Below are positions 1 to 10,335 of a DNA stretch of 64,000 nt, piece after piece. The position numbers and the translations under genes were made by a program. The DNA comes from Chthonomonadales bacterium. GTDB taxonomy: Bacteria > Armatimonadota > Chthonomonadetes > Chthonomonadales > CAJBBX01. Below the pieces are notes generated by a model, which was given only the letters and a program-made list of their open reading frames with translations, was not told where the DNA came from and searched no databases. The stretch covers positions 519 through 64,518 of the forward strand of contig JBBIPC010000006.1 of assembly GCA_037443035.1 (NCBI GenBank). The letters run 5' to 3'. Positions within the stretch are counted from its first letter, which is position 1. Every line of letters begins with the position of its first letter.

Positions 1-1455
1 CTCGAGAAACTCGAGATCCTCTGGGTGTGGCATCGTGAACGGATGATGCGAGGCGTCCCACCGATGCTCTTCTTCGTTCCACTCGACGAGCGGGAAGTCC
101 GTGATCCAGCAGAAATGGAGGACGTCCTGCTGGCCCAGACCCAGTCGGTTGGCGATGGTCGTCCGGAGCCTGCCGAGAACCGCAGCAGCCGTACGGGGGC
201 GGTCGGCAACCAGAAGAATGAGATCGCCCACCTGGGCTTCGGTTCGCTGAATGAGGCTCCTTGTCTCATCGGCTGAGAGATACTTCGCGACCGGTCCATG
301 GAGCGCAACACGTGTTCCGTCGGCCAGTCGTGCACCTCCCTCGCCCGACGCATCGAAGACGGCGAAATGGATCAACCCTTTAGCGCCCGCTTCGCGTGCG
401 ACACGCGCTAAGTCGTCAACAGCTTTGCGGGAGAGGGTGCCGCCTCGAGGGTAAGTCAGTGCCTTGACGGCATGGCCTCGAGCAATGCCTTCTCGCAGCA
501 CTCCAAACTCGCAGGCACGCAAGCATTCCGTGACGTCCTTCAGTTCCAGTCCATATCGGAGATCGGGCTTGTCGGTGCCGAACCGCTCCATCGCTTCGTC
601 ATATGTCAGGCGCGGGAAGGGCTTACTTCCTATGCTTTTCACGGAGTGGTTCTCGACAACATGAATGGTTAGCTCCTCTGTGATCCGAAGGATGTCCTCC
701 TGGGTCACGAAGGACATCTCCATGTCCAGCTGCGTGAACTCCGGTTGGCGGTCAGCCCGCTGGGCTTCATCGCGAAAGCACCTGGCGATCTGGTAGTAGC
801 GCTCCAGGCCGGCCACCATAAGGAGCTGCTTGTACTGCTGGGGCGATTGGGGCAGCGCGTAGAACAGGCCGGGCTGCAGACGATACGGGACAAGATAGTC
901 GCGCGCGCCTTCGGGTGTCGACCGTGTGAAGAGCGGGGTCTCCACTTCGACGAAGCCACGGGCGTCGAGGAACCTTCGGATGGCCGCCACGACCTCGTGA
1001 CGCCGACGGAGCGTCTCGTACATGCGTGGCCGACGCAAGTCCAGGTAGCGGTATCGCAGTCGGAGCTCCTCGTTCACCTGGGCCATTTGGCTCTCATCGC
1101 TCAACTGGAATGGCAATGGCTGGCGACATGTGTTGAGTACCTCTAGTCGAGTCACCGCCAGTTCAACGTCGCCGGTGGCGAGGCGGGGGTTCTCCATGCC
1201 CGGGGCACGGCGTACGACTCGTCCGCGCACGCTCAACACGTACTCGGGCTTGACGCTGGCTAGTTCTCGGAGGATGCCCTCTGAACTGGACAGATCGGCA
1301 CGGAGCTGCATCATGCCCGACCGGTCGCGCAGGTCCACAAAGACGAGGTCGCCATGGTCGCGCACCGAATGGACCCAGCCATTCAGCGTCGCCTCTAAGC
1401 CGACGTGCTCGGCCCTGAGTTCGCCACAGGTGTGAGTTCTCTGCCAGTCAGCCAT
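1..1455 (-). CDS. aspS: aspartyl-tRNA synthetase, partial (C-terminal part lies beyond the left window edge)
   Basis: Absent from the ORF track because it has no stop inside the window. The reverse strand is open from the ATG at 1455 to position 1 (485 codons). Translation begins MADWQRTHTCGELRAEHVGLEATLNGWVHSVRDHGDLVFVDLRDRSG. It contains FLDARGFVEVETP, QSPQQYKQLLMV, YYQIARCFRDE and EFTQLDMEMSF, typical of class II AspRS. It lies directly downstream of hisS, the classic order. Confidence 0.9.
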   Translation of the reverse strand, partial: MADWQRTHTCGELRAEHVGLEATLNGWVHSVRDHGDLVFVDLRDRSGMMQLRADLSSSEGILRELASVKPEYVLSVRGRVVRRAPGMENPRLATGDVELAVTRLEVLNTCRQPLPFQLSDESQMAQVNEELRLRYRYLDLRRPRMYETLRRRHEVVAAIRRFLDARGFVEVETPLFTRSTPEGARDYLVPYRLQPGLFYALPQSPQQYKQLLMVAGLERYYQIARCFRDEAQRADRQPEFTQLDMEMSFVTQEDILRITEELTIHVVENHSVKSIGSKPFPRLTYDEAMERFGTDKPDLRYGLELKDVTECLRACEFGVLREGIARGHAVKALTYPRGGTLSRKAVDDLARVAREAGAKGLIHFAVFDASGEGGARLADGTRVALHGPVAKYLSADETRSLIQRTEAQVGDLILLVADRPRTAAAVLGRLRTTIANRLGLGQQDVLHFCWITDFPLVEWNEEEHRWDASHHPFTMPHPEDLEFLE

Positions 1456-1507
1456 GCAGTACGTTTCCTCTCTCATGCCTCGCTGTGATGTAGACTCGAC
1501 CCTCGTC

Positions 1508-2827
1508 TCAGCGCTCTTCTGTCGGGGGAGTAGATCGCAAGCCGTTAGAGCGGATGAAGCTCTCCAGCGCCTCGAGCCCGACCTCCCGTTGCTCCACCAT
1601 GCCGTCCAAGTCCTTGACTGTCGCCACATTGCGCTGCAGCTCGTTGTCACCGATCATGGCAACCCAGCGGGCACCGAGCTTCGCCGCCGCACGCATCTGC
1701 GCCTTTAGGCTGCGACCGAGGTAGTCGGTTTCCGTGGCTATGCCGCTCCGTCGCAAGCGTGCTACAAGGGGCACCGCGGTAGCGCGCGCAGCTTCGCCGA
1801 GGGGCGCGACGAAGATATCCGGCCGGCCGTCCTCGATGGGGAGGTCAATGCCGAGTTGATCCAGCACGATGAGGCAGCGCTCAGTGCCGATACCGAAGCC
1901 GATCCCGGGTGTCGGCCTGCCTCCGCAGTGTTCGACGAGCCCGTCGTACCTCCCACCGCCTCCGAGGACGTTCTGCGCTCCGAGCTGCGGACTGACAATC
2001 TCGAAAGCTGTCCGCGTGTAGTAATCCAGACCACGTACCAGTCGGGGATCTACGGCGTATGGGATTCCGAGCGATGTCAGATGGGTCTGCAGGCTCCGGA
2101 AGTGGTCCACACACTCGCTGCAGAGTGTGTCAAGGATTGTCGGCGCCTCGGCCAGTGCCGCGTGGTCGCGCGGGTCCTTGCTATCCAGCATACGCAGCGG
2201 GTTTTCGCGAAAACGCCGCTGGTTGTCTGCGCTCATAGAGGTCAGGCGTGGCTCCGCGTAGGCGAGAAGCGCGCTGAGGAACGCTGGGCGGCAGGTAGGA
2301 CAACCGACGGAGTTCAGGCGAAGCTCCGTATCTGTGATACCGAGCCTACGATAGAACTCAATAGCGAGGCTGATGACCTCCGCATCCACAGCAGGGTCCG
2401 CAGCACCAAGGACCTCGACGCCGGTCTGCTGGTGCTCTCTGTAACGGCCACGCTGGCCATGCTCGTAGCGGTAGATCGTGGCAATGTAGTACACCTTGAC
2501 GACGGAGGAATCGGCCACGAGGCCATGTTCGAGCAGAGCGCGGATGGCCGGAGCTGTGCCCTCTGGGCGGAGTGTCATGCTCCGTCCTCCTCGGTCCGTG
2601 AAGGTGAACATCTCCTTGCTTACGATGTCGGTGCCGTCGCCGATGGTTCTGATGAAAAGCTCCGTCGACTCCATGACAGGTGTTCGTATCTCCCTGTAGC
2701 CGTACTCTCGGCAGATGCGTCGGAAGATGCCCTCGAGTGCGCGCCAGCGAGCACTGTGGAGCCAGCGGTCAGTTGCCGGCTCGATTGGCAAGACATCATG
2801 CATGTAGGGAGGCGCGGAGTACTTCAT
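1508..2827 (-). CDS. hisS: histidyl-tRNA synthetase
   Basis: Lies within ORF 1508-3052. Homology starts at MKYSAPPYMHDVLP (ATG at 2827). The upstream 75 codons overlap the glnD 3' end. Motifs: YRYEHGQRGRYREHQQ and GGGGRYDGL. Confidence 0.9.
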   Translation of the reverse strand: MKYSAPPYMHDVLPIEPATDRWLHSARWRALEGIFRRICREYGYREIRTPVMESTELFIRTIGDGTDIVSKEMFTFTDRGGRSMTLRPEGTAPAIRALLEHGLVADSSVVKVYYIATIYRYEHGQRGRYREHQQTGVEVLGAADPAVDAEVISLAIEFYRRLGITDTELRLNSVGCPTCRPAFLSALLAYAEPRLTSMSADNQRRFRENPLRMLDSKDPRDHAALAEAPTILDTLCSECVDHFRSLQTHLTSLGIPYAVDPRLVRGLDYYTRTAFEIVSPQLGAQNVLGGGGRYDGLVEHCGGRPTPGIGFGIGTERCLIVLDQLGIDLPIEDGRPDIFVAPLGEAARATAVPLVARLRRSGIATETDYLGRSLKAQMRAAAKLGARWVAMIGDNELQRNVATVKDLDGMVEQREVGLEALESFIRSNGLRSTPPTEER

Positions 2828-2898
2828 CACGTGTTCTGGACCTCGTGGCGGAAGGAATGCTATTGTACCGGCAAGCCACCAGCCAAGTCGAGTGCGGA

Positions 2899-5559
2899 TC
2901 AGCCGGCCTGGCTGGGGGGCTTGGTGTGCGCAAGCTGCCGCTCGAGCATGCGGGCAGCCCGTGCATCGTCGAGCTCCTTGGCACCTGTCACATAGAACGT
3001 CGCCATGGAGTGTCCCCGAAACCGAGAAAGACGTGCCGACTGTATGTCCCATCCCAGCTCCGAGAGGGCCTTGGCCGCGTAATACAGGACGCCGTGAGGA
3101 CTGCTGAAGCCCATCTCAACAATGGTGAACCGCTCCGATACATCATTCAGCACCCGGATCTGCTCCACGGTAGGCGCTTGATCGGAGCCTCGACTGCGTT
3201 TGGCCAAGATGCTCTCAACCGTTGCCTGGCCGGTCAGGACCGCCCGGAGGTTCCGTTCCACCTCTGCACGTTTGGCGGATGCCAGCCTTCGGCCGCGGAA
3301 GTCCACACAAAGCGTATCCAGGGCGATCCGCTCTGGACCGTCAACGCGCGTGAACACTTGCGCCGCATGAACGGTGAGATCCGCTGCATACAGGACACCT
3401 GCAATCTTAGCGAGTAGTCCTGGCTTGGGGTCATCCAGCGTGCAGATCGTAACTTCCGTGAACGTGGCAAGACGATCATCGTGGAAGCTGACCGATGGGA
3501 CGCCCGCGCGCGCTTGCCGTGCGAAGCCGATGTGCAGAACAATCTCTTCCAGGCTCGTATTCAGGACGTAATGAGCAGGCATCCCCTCCAAGTGAGCAGC
3601 TACCTCTTCGGCAGGTAGGTTTTCGACCGCAAGCTCACGGATCAGTCGCCGTCGAGTCCGCGTCATGCGCAGATCATCATCGCCTGTCTCTAATCCGGCG
3701 GTTAGGGCATGCTCGGCGCGCTTATAGAGTTCCTGCAGGAAACGTGCCTTGACCTGCGTCCATTGGCCCTCGGAGACGGCTCGGGTATCGGCGTACGTCA
3801 ATAGGTACAGCATACGGAGGAGTTCCGGATCCTTCACTACCTGGGTGAAGTTCCTTATTGTCTCCGGCAGACCCAAGTCCCGCAGCCTGGATGTCTCGGC
3901 CATGAGCAGGTGATGCCGAACGAGGAAAGTGACGTTAGCTGTAGCGTCCTCGCGCCATCGAAGGCGTCCGCAAACTTCGGCTGCGACAGCAGCGCCAGTC
4001 TCCCAGTGAGGAGCGCTTGGATCGGCCTTGCCCACGTCGTGCAGCAGCGCCGCCAGGTAGAGCTGTTCTGGAGCGGCAAGCTCCGCCATGAGAACTTGCA
4101 GCTCCCGCAGATCGTCAGGGACGCCTGGTTCGCGCAGGGCGTCGAGGTTCCGGACGACGTACAGCGTATGCTGCCCCACTGTGTAGTCATGAACGGGTTC
4201 GTAAGGAATGAGGTCCAACGTCCGACCGACCTCGGGCAATATCCATCCCAGGATGCCAAGGTCGGCCATCAACTGGAGGACAGGATAGACTGGTCGCCGG
4301 CAGGCCAGAATGTTGGTGAAAACCTCGGCCAGTCTCTCCGGTTCGCTAGTAGTCGGTTTGTCTCCGAGCAGGGACAGGACCGCGTTACGGAGTTCCGCGC
4401 TGAACCCGAGGTCGTAAAGCTGGGCGAGGTGGCTTGCCCAGGCCATCCAGATAGGGTCCTCGCGGACCAGGAGGGGATTCGCAGGAGTGAGTTCTCTGCG
4501 CACGCAGTCGAGGCCGATCCCCATGACAAGCCGACCGTTCTCTACGCTTTCCGCCACTTCCTGACCGATCCTGTCCGCATCCGCTAGGTGCTTGTAGAGC
4601 TCCCGCATAAAAATCTCGACGCCGGGATGCAGGTGATCGCGATCATGGTAACCCAGGATCCCGGCCACCTCTTCCTGGCGTGTCACCGATAGCTGATCAA
4701 CTTCGCGCCCCGCGGTGGCGTGAAGGACGTTCCGGACACGAAGAAGGAACTCCTTGGCAGAACGCAGGTCAGCGATCTGCCGGTCCGAGAGCCCGCCGTG
4801 TTTCGCCAGAGCTCTCCACGCGCGGTCTCCACGCACGTCAGCGCCGCTCAGGGCCTCCCGTGCCTGTATGAGCCAGATTGCAGTCTGAATGTCTCGCAAG
4901 CCGCCCGGACCTGCTTTGAGATCAGGCTCGACGACACGGGGCGTGTCCCCCGCTTGGGCATGCCGCCGCCGCCGTTCATCTAGCTTAGCGAAGACGAACT
5001 CGGCCGAGTTGAAGTTCGACCAGAACTCGCTTTCGAACTGAATGAAGACCCGACGGTTGCCCGCGATCAGCCTGGCGTCGAGGAGGCCGGAGGCGGTCTG
5101 GTGGTCGAGATGTCCACAGTCCTCCAACAGTCGGTATGCGTACCCGACCTCCATCTTGGCGGCATCCATGAGGACCTTCATGAGGACAGTGAACATCTCC
5201 TTGACGACACGGTCAATGGAAGCATCGCCGTCCCGTATCGGAACGAAAGTGATATCCAGGTCACTATGCGGACATAGCTCTTGGCGCCCATAGCCGCCCG
5301 TTCCCACGATCGAGACTGGTACCGAGTCGCTCGGACCAGTGAAGCCTGCGGATGCGGCTGCAAGCTCGAACATGCGGCGAATCACCGCATCCACGCAATC
5401 ACTGTAGTGCCGCGCAAGCGCTAGGCCGGCCGGGCGTTGGAGGGCTGTCGCACGGACCTCGGCCTGCATCGCACAGAGAACGACCGCGAGGTCATCCGGG
5501 GTGTTCGCAGTACCGAGGACGCGCTCCATATCGGCGATTGTGCTGAACGTGCGATCCAT
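2899..5559 (-). CDS. glnD: [protein-PII] uridylyltransferase / uridylyl-removing enzyme
   Basis: 886 aa. Nucleotidyltransferase motif [23 protein letters not shown] domain AALLHDVGK, and two C-terminal ACT-like segments ([32 protein letters not shown]). Confidence 0.85.
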   Translation of the reverse strand: MDRTFSTIADMERVLGTANTPDDLAVVLCAMQAEVRATALQRPAGLALARHYSDCVDAVIRRMFELAAASAGFTGPSDSVPVSIVGTGGYGRQELCPHSDLDITFVPIRDGDASIDRVVKEMFTVLMKVLMDAAKMEVGYAYRLLEDCGHLDHQTASGLLDARLIAGNRRVFIQFESEFWSNFNSAEFVFAKLDERRRRHAQAGDTPRVVEPDLKAGPGGLRDIQTAIWLIQAREALSGADVRGDRAWRALAKHGGLSDRQIADLRSAKEFLLRVRNVLHATAGREVDQLSVTRQEEVAGILGYHDRDHLHPGVEIFMRELYKHLADADRIGQEVAESVENGRLVMGIGLDCVRRELTPANPLLVREDPIWMAWASHLAQLYDLGFSAELRNAVLSLLGDKPTTSEPERLAEVFTNILACRRPVYPVLQLMADLGILGWILPEVGRTLDLIPYEPVHDYTVGQHTLYVVRNLDALREPGVPDDLRELQVLMAELAAPEQLYLAALLHDVGKADPSAPHWETGAAVAAEVCGRLRWREDATANVTFLVRHHLLMAETSRLRDLGLPETIRNFTQVVKDPELLRMLYLLTYADTRAVSEGQWTQVKARFLQELYKRAEHALTAGLETGDDDLRMTRTRRRLIRELAVENLPAEEVAAHLEGMPAHYVLNTSLEEIVLHIGFARQARAGVPSVSFHDDRLATFTEVTICTLDDPKPGLLAKIAGVLYAADLTVHAAQVFTRVDGPERIALDTLCVDFRGRRLASAKRAEVERNLRAVLTGQATVESILAKRSRGSDQAPTVEQIRVLNDVSERFTIVEMGFSSPHGVLYYAAKALSELGWDIQSARLSRFRGHSMATFYVTGAKELDDARAARMLERQLAHTKPPSQAG

Positions 5560-5589
5560 GGCGGGTTAACTCACCTATTGTATCCTGTC

Positions 5590-5618
5590 TTGACCGGTAC
5601 GCTTCGTTCACCTATAAT
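5590..5618 (+). promoter_or_regulatory. sigma-70 type promoter for the 5661 gene
   Basis: TTGACC (5590-5595), 17-nt spacer, TATAAT (5613-5618). Sits about 40 nt upstream of the GGAAGGAGG RBS and the TTG start at 5661. Confidence 0.5.
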
Positions 5619-5660
5619 GGCACCGGTCCGCACATTACAGCATCGGGAAGGAGGACGGAC

Positions 5661-6425
5661 TTGGCACGCATCCGACAGTCGTTCTCATGGTGGTGTTTCG
5701 TCCGTGACGGCGCGCAGGCCGAACAGATACTGAGAGCTGCTGCCAGCATCGGGTATCAGGCATGCGAGCTGCTAGACGAGGCGTGGTGGCCGGCGGCACG
5801 AGACGCCGGGCTGCTCATCGCTGCTGTCCCTGGTCATGCGTCGCTCACAGATGGTCTTAACCGGAAGGAGAACCACGATCGCATCGAGCGGGAAGTCGCC
5901 CAGATGCTCGACAAGGCGGTCCGATGGGGTATCCCGAATCTCATTTGCTTCAGCGGCAACCGCTGCGGCATGGACGACTACGCTGGCGCGCAGGCGACCG
6001 CCGAAGGTCTGCGTCGTATCGCACCCATGGCAGAGGACGCCGGAGTGAACCTCGTTGTGGAGCTTCTGAATAGCAAGGTGGATCACCCGGACTACCAGTG
6101 CGACCACACAACATGGGGCGTGCGTGTATGCGAGATGGTGAACTCGCCGCGGGTCAAGCTGCTCTACGACATCTACCACATGCAGATTATGGAAGGCGAT
6201 GTCATCCGCACGATCACTGACAACGCCGCATGGATTGCTCATTACCACACGGCGGGTGTTCCGGGTCGGCGGGACATGGACGATACACAGGAGCTCTACT
6301 ATCCAGCGATCATGCGTGCCATTGTGGCAAGCGGTTACGAAGGCTTCGTGGGCCACGAGTTCATCCCGAAGGGGGATCCCATCGAGGCACTTCGCATGGC
6401 ATATGAACTCTGCAACTGCGAGTGA
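5661..6425 (+). CDS. hydroxypyruvate isomerase family / xylose-isomerase-like TIM barrel protein
   Basis: 254 aa, TTG start preceded by GGAAGGAGG. The segment [15 protein letters not shown] matches the conserved YDIYHMQ.MEG motif of Hyi-family enzymes. Confidence 0.8.
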   Translation: MARIRQSFSWWCFVRDGAQAEQILRAAASIGYQACELLDEAWWPAARDAGLLIAAVPGHASLTDGLNRKENHDRIEREVAQMLDKAVRWGIPNLICFSGNRCGMDDYAGAQATAEGLRRIAPMAEDAGVNLVVELLNSKVDHPDYQCDHTTWGVRVCEMVNSPRVKLLYDIYHMQIMEGDVIRTITDNAAWIAHYHTAGVPGRRDMDDTQELYYPAIMRAIVASGYEGFVGHEFIPKGDPIEALRMAYELCNCE

Positions 6426-6506
6426 ATCACGGGAACTTGAGGGCCGTTCGGTGGGTATAATCTCGCGGCGGTTCGCGTAACCGCAGTATCATCGGGAGAT
6501 TCTACA

Positions 6507-6674
6507 GTGGCAGGCGAAGGCAAGAAGTCCAAGACCGACGTTGCGGCGCGGCAAGCTGCGAAGGCAGCAGGGCAGACGTGCAAGTATTGCGGGAAGAAGC
6601 TCGAGATCGTCATGACGCTAACCGCGTCTGGGCGGAAGCACATGATCCGCAAGTGCTGTGGCACGACCGCGTAG
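6507..6674 (+). CDS. small (55 aa) Lys/Ala-rich zinc-ribbon-like protein, unknown function
   Basis: Below the ORF-track size cut-off. GTG start 7 nt after GGGAGA (6494-6499). Translation: VAGEGKKSKTDVAARQAAKAAGQTCKYCGKKLEIVMTLTASGRKHMIRKCCGTTA, with CxxC plus a CC pair. TATAAT at 6456-6461 lies upstream and an intrinsic terminator follows directly. Confidence 0.55.
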   Translation: MAGEGKKSKTDVAARQAAKAAGQTCKYCGKKLEIVMTLTASGRKHMIRKCCGTTA

Positions 6675-6696
6675 ACAGCGCGAGACACCAACGAAA

Positions 6697-6726
6697 GGGG
6701 GGACGATGCTCGAGGCACGTCCCCCC
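6697..6726 (+). terminator. intrinsic terminator hairpin
   Basis: GGGGGGACG (6697-6705) pairs with CGTCCCCCC (6718-6726). Followed by TTGCCGTTT. Starts 23 nt after the TAG stop of the small gene. Confidence 0.7.
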
Positions 6727-6832
6727 TTGCCGTTTATCCGGCTGGAAACATGGGAACAAGGGATGTCCGCGTTGACCTCCGAAACTAGGTTCGGGACAGA
6801 ATCAGCATCTCGAGGGAAAGGCCACTGACCTC

Positions 6833-8365
6833 ATGCTTGCCTATGTGAAGTCGAGCGCCGTTCTTGGCATCCATGCGTACATTGTCGTCGTGGAGACGGA
6901 CATTTCCACGAGCATTCCATCGTGGGCTATCGTCGGCCTTCCAGACACAGCAGTCCAGGAGAGCCGGGAGCGGGTTCGATCGGCCATACGCAACTCTGGG
7001 TTCGAGTTCCCTCAGCGCCGCATCACCATCAATCTCGCTCCAGCCGACATTCGGAAAGAAGGGCCGAGTTTCGACTTGCCGATTGCGCTAGGCATTCTCA
7101 TAGGCTCAGGGCAGGTTAATGGCGACCTTCTACCGGAGTGCCTGATCACCGGCGAGCTCTCGTTAGACGGTGCCGTGCGCGGTGTGGCCGGCGTCTTGCC
7201 CATGGCGTTGACGGCCCGCGATGAGGGCATACGGCGGATGCTCGTGCCGAAAGCGAATACGCGCGAGGCTGCTATTGTCGAAGGCGTTGACGTCTACCCC
7301 ATCGAGTCTCTTCTCGACGCGGTCAGGGTTCTCAATGAGCCGGACTCGGTGGAACCCGCGCGCGTAGATCCAGCGGAGCTCATGCCTGAGCACCCGGCCT
7401 ACGAAGCGGACTTCTCCGACGTCAAAGGCCAGGAGAACGTGAAGCGCGCACTCGAGGTTGCAGCATCGGGCGGTCACAACGTTCTGATGATCGGGCCTCC
7501 AGGCAGCGGCAAGACGATGTTGGCGCGCCGCCTGCCGTCTATCCTACCACCGATGACGATTGCAGAAGCCCTGGAGACGACAAAGATCTACAGCGTATCG
7601 GGATTACTGCCACCGGGCGCCGCGCTGGTGACTACGAGACCGTTCCGAGCGCCCCACCACTCGCTATCCAATGCAGCGCTGGTGGGAGGTGGCACGGTCC
7701 CGCGGCCTGGAGAGGTAAGCCTCGCTCATAACGGCGTTCTCTTCCTCGACGAACTTCCGGAGTTCAACCGAGACGCTCTCGAGGTGCTCCGGCAGCCGCT
7801 GGAGGACAGGCTGGTCACCATCGCCCGCGTTCAGGCGTCTCTGCAGTACCCTGCTAGCTTCGTCCTGGCGGCTGCGATGAATCCGTGCGTATGCGGGTAT
7901 TACGGCGATGCGCTAAGGCGCTGTACATGCTCTGAAACGATGGTTCGAAAGTACCAGCAGCGCATCAGCGGTCCGCTTCTGGATCGCATCGATCTTCACG
8001 TCGAGGTACGTAGGCTGACCGAGGATGAGCTGGTCCACCACCGCCAGAGCGAGTCGAGCCGGACGATAAGGGAACGCGTCTGCGCCGCGAGGGAGGCTCA
8101 GAAAGCCCGGTTCGATGGCCGCGGCATCCACTGCAATGCCCAGATGGGACCTCGGGACATTCGGGAATTCTGCGCTGTTGATGGTGAGGTACGCGATCTT
8201 CTTCGTGGAGCCATCCAGCGGTTGTCCTTATCCGCACGTGCCTATGACCGCATTCTAAAGGTGGCGCGGACGATCGCGGACCTGGCAGGCAGCGAGAGGA
8301 TCGAAGCCGAGCATGTGGCCGAGGCTATTCAATATCGTACACTAGACAGGAAGATGCTTCTTTGA
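6833..8365 (+). CDS. comM: YifB/ComM family Mg-chelatase-like AAA+ ATPase
   Basis: 510 aa. Typical N-terminus MLAYVKSSAVLGIHAYIV, Walker A VLMIGPPGSGKTM, and C-terminal ChlI-like region. Confidence 0.9.
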   Translation: MLAYVKSSAVLGIHAYIVVVETDISTSIPSWAIVGLPDTAVQESRERVRSAIRNSGFEFPQRRITINLAPADIRKEGPSFDLPIALGILIGSGQVNGDLLPECLITGELSLDGAVRGVAGVLPMALTARDEGIRRMLVPKANTREAAIVEGVDVYPIESLLDAVRVLNEPDSVEPARVDPAELMPEHPAYEADFSDVKGQENVKRALEVAASGGHNVLMIGPPGSGKTMLARRLPSILPPMTIAEALETTKIYSVSGLLPPGAALVTTRPFRAPHHSLSNAALVGGGTVPRPGEVSLAHNGVLFLDELPEFNRDALEVLRQPLEDRLVTIARVQASLQYPASFVLAAAMNPCVCGYYGDALRRCTCSETMVRKYQQRISGPLLDRIDLHVEVRRLTEDELVHHRQSESSRTIRERVCAAREAQKARFDGRGIHCNAQMGPRDIREFCAVDGEVRDLLRGAIQRLSLSARAYDRILKVARTIADLAGSERIEAEHVAEAIQYRTLDRKMLL

Positions 8366-8378
8366 AGGGAGGCAGACA

Positions 8379-8939
8379 GTGCCGCGACGCCCTGACGATC
8401 GAGTGTTCAGCGTTGGAGAGGCCCAAGGGAAACTCATCATCGAGAGACGGGGTGAGCCGTTCCGCAAGCGCTACGTCGTATTGGTTGTGCTGCTCACGGC
8501 AGTGCTCTGTTTGCTCGTTGGCTATCTCGCAGCCTCCCAGCTCAACCCACGGTTCTGGCTCCTGGTCATCCTGGTGGCGATCATGCTTCTGGCCATCGCA
8601 GAACGTGCCGTGCGAATGTACAACGCCACGAAGCCCGATCGGCTGGAGCTGGACAAGAACAACGGTACGATCGTTCGGAACGGCACGCAAGTGGGCGAGA
8701 CGAAGGATGTGGAGGCCGTTCTGTTCCGCGATATTCTCGATGGAGATCGTCCGACGAATGAGTACGCCGTCGTCATCGCCTATCAGAACACCAGGCGGCT
8801 CCTCGTGGCGGAATCCCACGGCCTGCCCGGTGAGAGACACGAGATGGAGCAAGTGGCAGCGGCTCTTGCTGGCTACCTCGAGGTGCCGGTGCGAAATGAA
8901 CCACGTCAAGCCGATCAGTGGTGGATCGATCGGTCGTAG
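8379..8939 (+). CDS. hypothetical membrane protein (two predicted TM helices)
   Basis: GTG start 6 nt after GAAGGGAGG. Hydrophobic segments VVLVVLLTAVLCLLVGYLAA and FWLLVILVAIMLLAIA. Chosen over two overlapping alternative-frame ORFs on coding-like composition and the RBS. Confidence 0.6.
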   Translation: MPRRPDDRVFSVGEAQGKLIIERRGEPFRKRYVVLVVLLTAVLCLLVGYLAASQLNPRFWLLVILVAIMLLAIAERAVRMYNATKPDRLELDKNNGTIVRNGTQVGETKDVEAVLFRDILDGDRPTNEYAVVIAYQNTRRLLVAESHGLPGERHEMEQVAAALAGYLEVPVRNEPRQADQWWIDRS

Positions 8940-8994
8940 CCAGAGTCGTGCGACGTTTGAGTCCGATACAGACCAGAGATAGAGGTACGCGACG

Positions 8995-10287
8995 GTGCGC
9001 ATGGTGAGCAAGCACATGTGGCAGGGTGCCATGGTGGCAGTAGCATTGGCGCTCACGGGGGTGCTAGCCAGCGCCACAGACTGGCCACAGTGGAGGGGGC
9101 CACTTAGGGACGGCATATGCCGGGAGAAGGGACTGCTGAAGGAGTGGCCATCCGGCGGTCCCAGGCTTCTTTGGAAAGCCGCCGGTTTCGGCACCGGCTA
9201 CTCATCGGTCGCCATTGTCGGCGGCAAGCTCTATACCATGGGTGACGTAGTCGTAGGAGACCGCGGAAAAGCCCAGTGTGTTGTCGCGTTTGACCTTACC
9301 ACGCGGAAGCGCCTGTGGACGGCTCCTGTCGGACCTCCGAACAGCGATGGATCCAGGTGCACGCCTACGGTCAGTGCTGGTCTTGTCTATGGGCTTGGTA
9401 CTGACGGCGATCTGGTGTGCGTGCGGGCGGCGGATGGCAGCGAGGTCTGGCGCACCAACATAGAGCGCGACCTCGGTGGGCGCATGATGTCCGGTTGGAA
9501 GTACAGCGAGTCTCCGCTGGTGGATGGCGAGCTACTCATAGTGACGCCAGGGATGCCTGAGTCGACGCTCGTCGCGCTGCAGCGGCGGACTGGCAAGCTC
9601 GTGTGGCGCTGTGCGGCCGGCAACATTGGTCCTCGAGGAGCCGACGGAGCCGGCTACTCGTCGGCCGTTGCGACACAAGTGGGCCCGGTCAAGCTCTACG
9701 TGCAGCAGTACGGTCGTGGTGTCATCGGCGTCGAGGCTAACTCAGGGCGACTCCTGTGGAGCTACAACGGGGTGGCGTGCTCGACCGCCAACATCCCCAC
9801 TCCTGTTGTCAAGTCCGGCCTCGTGTTCGTTAGCAATGCGTACGGTGCGGGATCGGCTTGTCTGAAGATGGAGTCGACCGGCGCTGGTGTGAGCGTCAGA
9901 GAGCTCTATAAGCTGAGCGCACGAACCTTCCAGAATCACCACGGCGGTGTCGTGTGCGTGGGGGACTATATCTACGGCGGACACGGACAGAACGCAGGTG
10001 ATCCTACCTGCCTCGAACTGCGAACGGGCAAGATAGCATGGCAGGCGCGGGCGCCCGGCCGTGGCTCGGCGGCAGTTCTCTCGGCGGATGGGATGCTGTA
10101 CTTTCGCTACGACAACGGTGTCGTGGCGCTCATACCGGCGGACCCATCAGGCTGCCGCGTAGTCAGTACCTTTCAAGAGCCGCCGATACCAGGCCCGGCC
10201 TGGCCACACCCCGTGATCGCAGATGGTCGGCTCTACTTGCGGCGAAACGAGACGGTCCTGTGTTACGACGTGAGGGGCTCTCGCTAG
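8995..10287 (+). CDS. secreted PQQ-like beta-propeller repeat protein
   Basis: 430 aa. Signal-like N-terminus followed by WPQWRGPLRDG, and repeated G.LY/V...DG.L.A.D motifs typical of PQQ-enzyme-repeat/BamB-like propellers. Confidence 0.8.
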   Translation: MRMVSKHMWQGAMVAVALALTGVLASATDWPQWRGPLRDGICREKGLLKEWPSGGPRLLWKAAGFGTGYSSVAIVGGKLYTMGDVVVGDRGKAQCVVAFDLTTRKRLWTAPVGPPNSDGSRCTPTVSAGLVYGLGTDGDLVCVRAADGSEVWRTNIERDLGGRMMSGWKYSESPLVDGELLIVTPGMPESTLVALQRRTGKLVWRCAAGNIGPRGADGAGYSSAVATQVGPVKLYVQQYGRGVIGVEANSGRLLWSYNGVACSTANIPTPVVKSGLVFVSNAYGAGSACLKMESTGAGVSVRELYKLSARTFQNHHGGVVCVGDYIYGGHGQNAGDPTCLELRTGKIAWQARAPGRGSAAVLSADGMLYFRYDNGVVALIPADPSGCRVVSTFQEPPIPGPAWPHPVIADGRLYLRRNETVLCYDVRGSR

Positions 10288-10335
10288 AGCGTTGCCGCGG
10301 CACGTTCTGCACACTGCTCCTCTCATCGGGCGACG

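Noticed and set aside
1856-2995. 379-aa plus-strand ORF
   Set aside because: It lies entirely antisense to hisS and the glnD 3' end. Its Arg/Ala/Ser-rich product has no motif. This is a typical shadow ORF of GC-rich coding DNA.
2828-3052. N-terminal extensions of maximal ORFs: hisS to 3052, permease to 13123, CapA-like to 15811, clpP to 23716, PPTase to 29832, coaX to 44829
   Set aside because: The extensions overlap the upstream gene, are Arg/Pro/Cys-rich, and precede a Met that matches the canonical family N-terminus or a stop/start coupling site. Internal starts were used.
8325-9194. 289-aa minus-strand ORF and the 206-aa plus-strand ORF 8362-8982
   Set aside because: They overlap the 8379-8939 membrane-protein frame and the start of the PQQ-propeller gene. 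The chosen frame has an RBS and clear TM helices; these do not.
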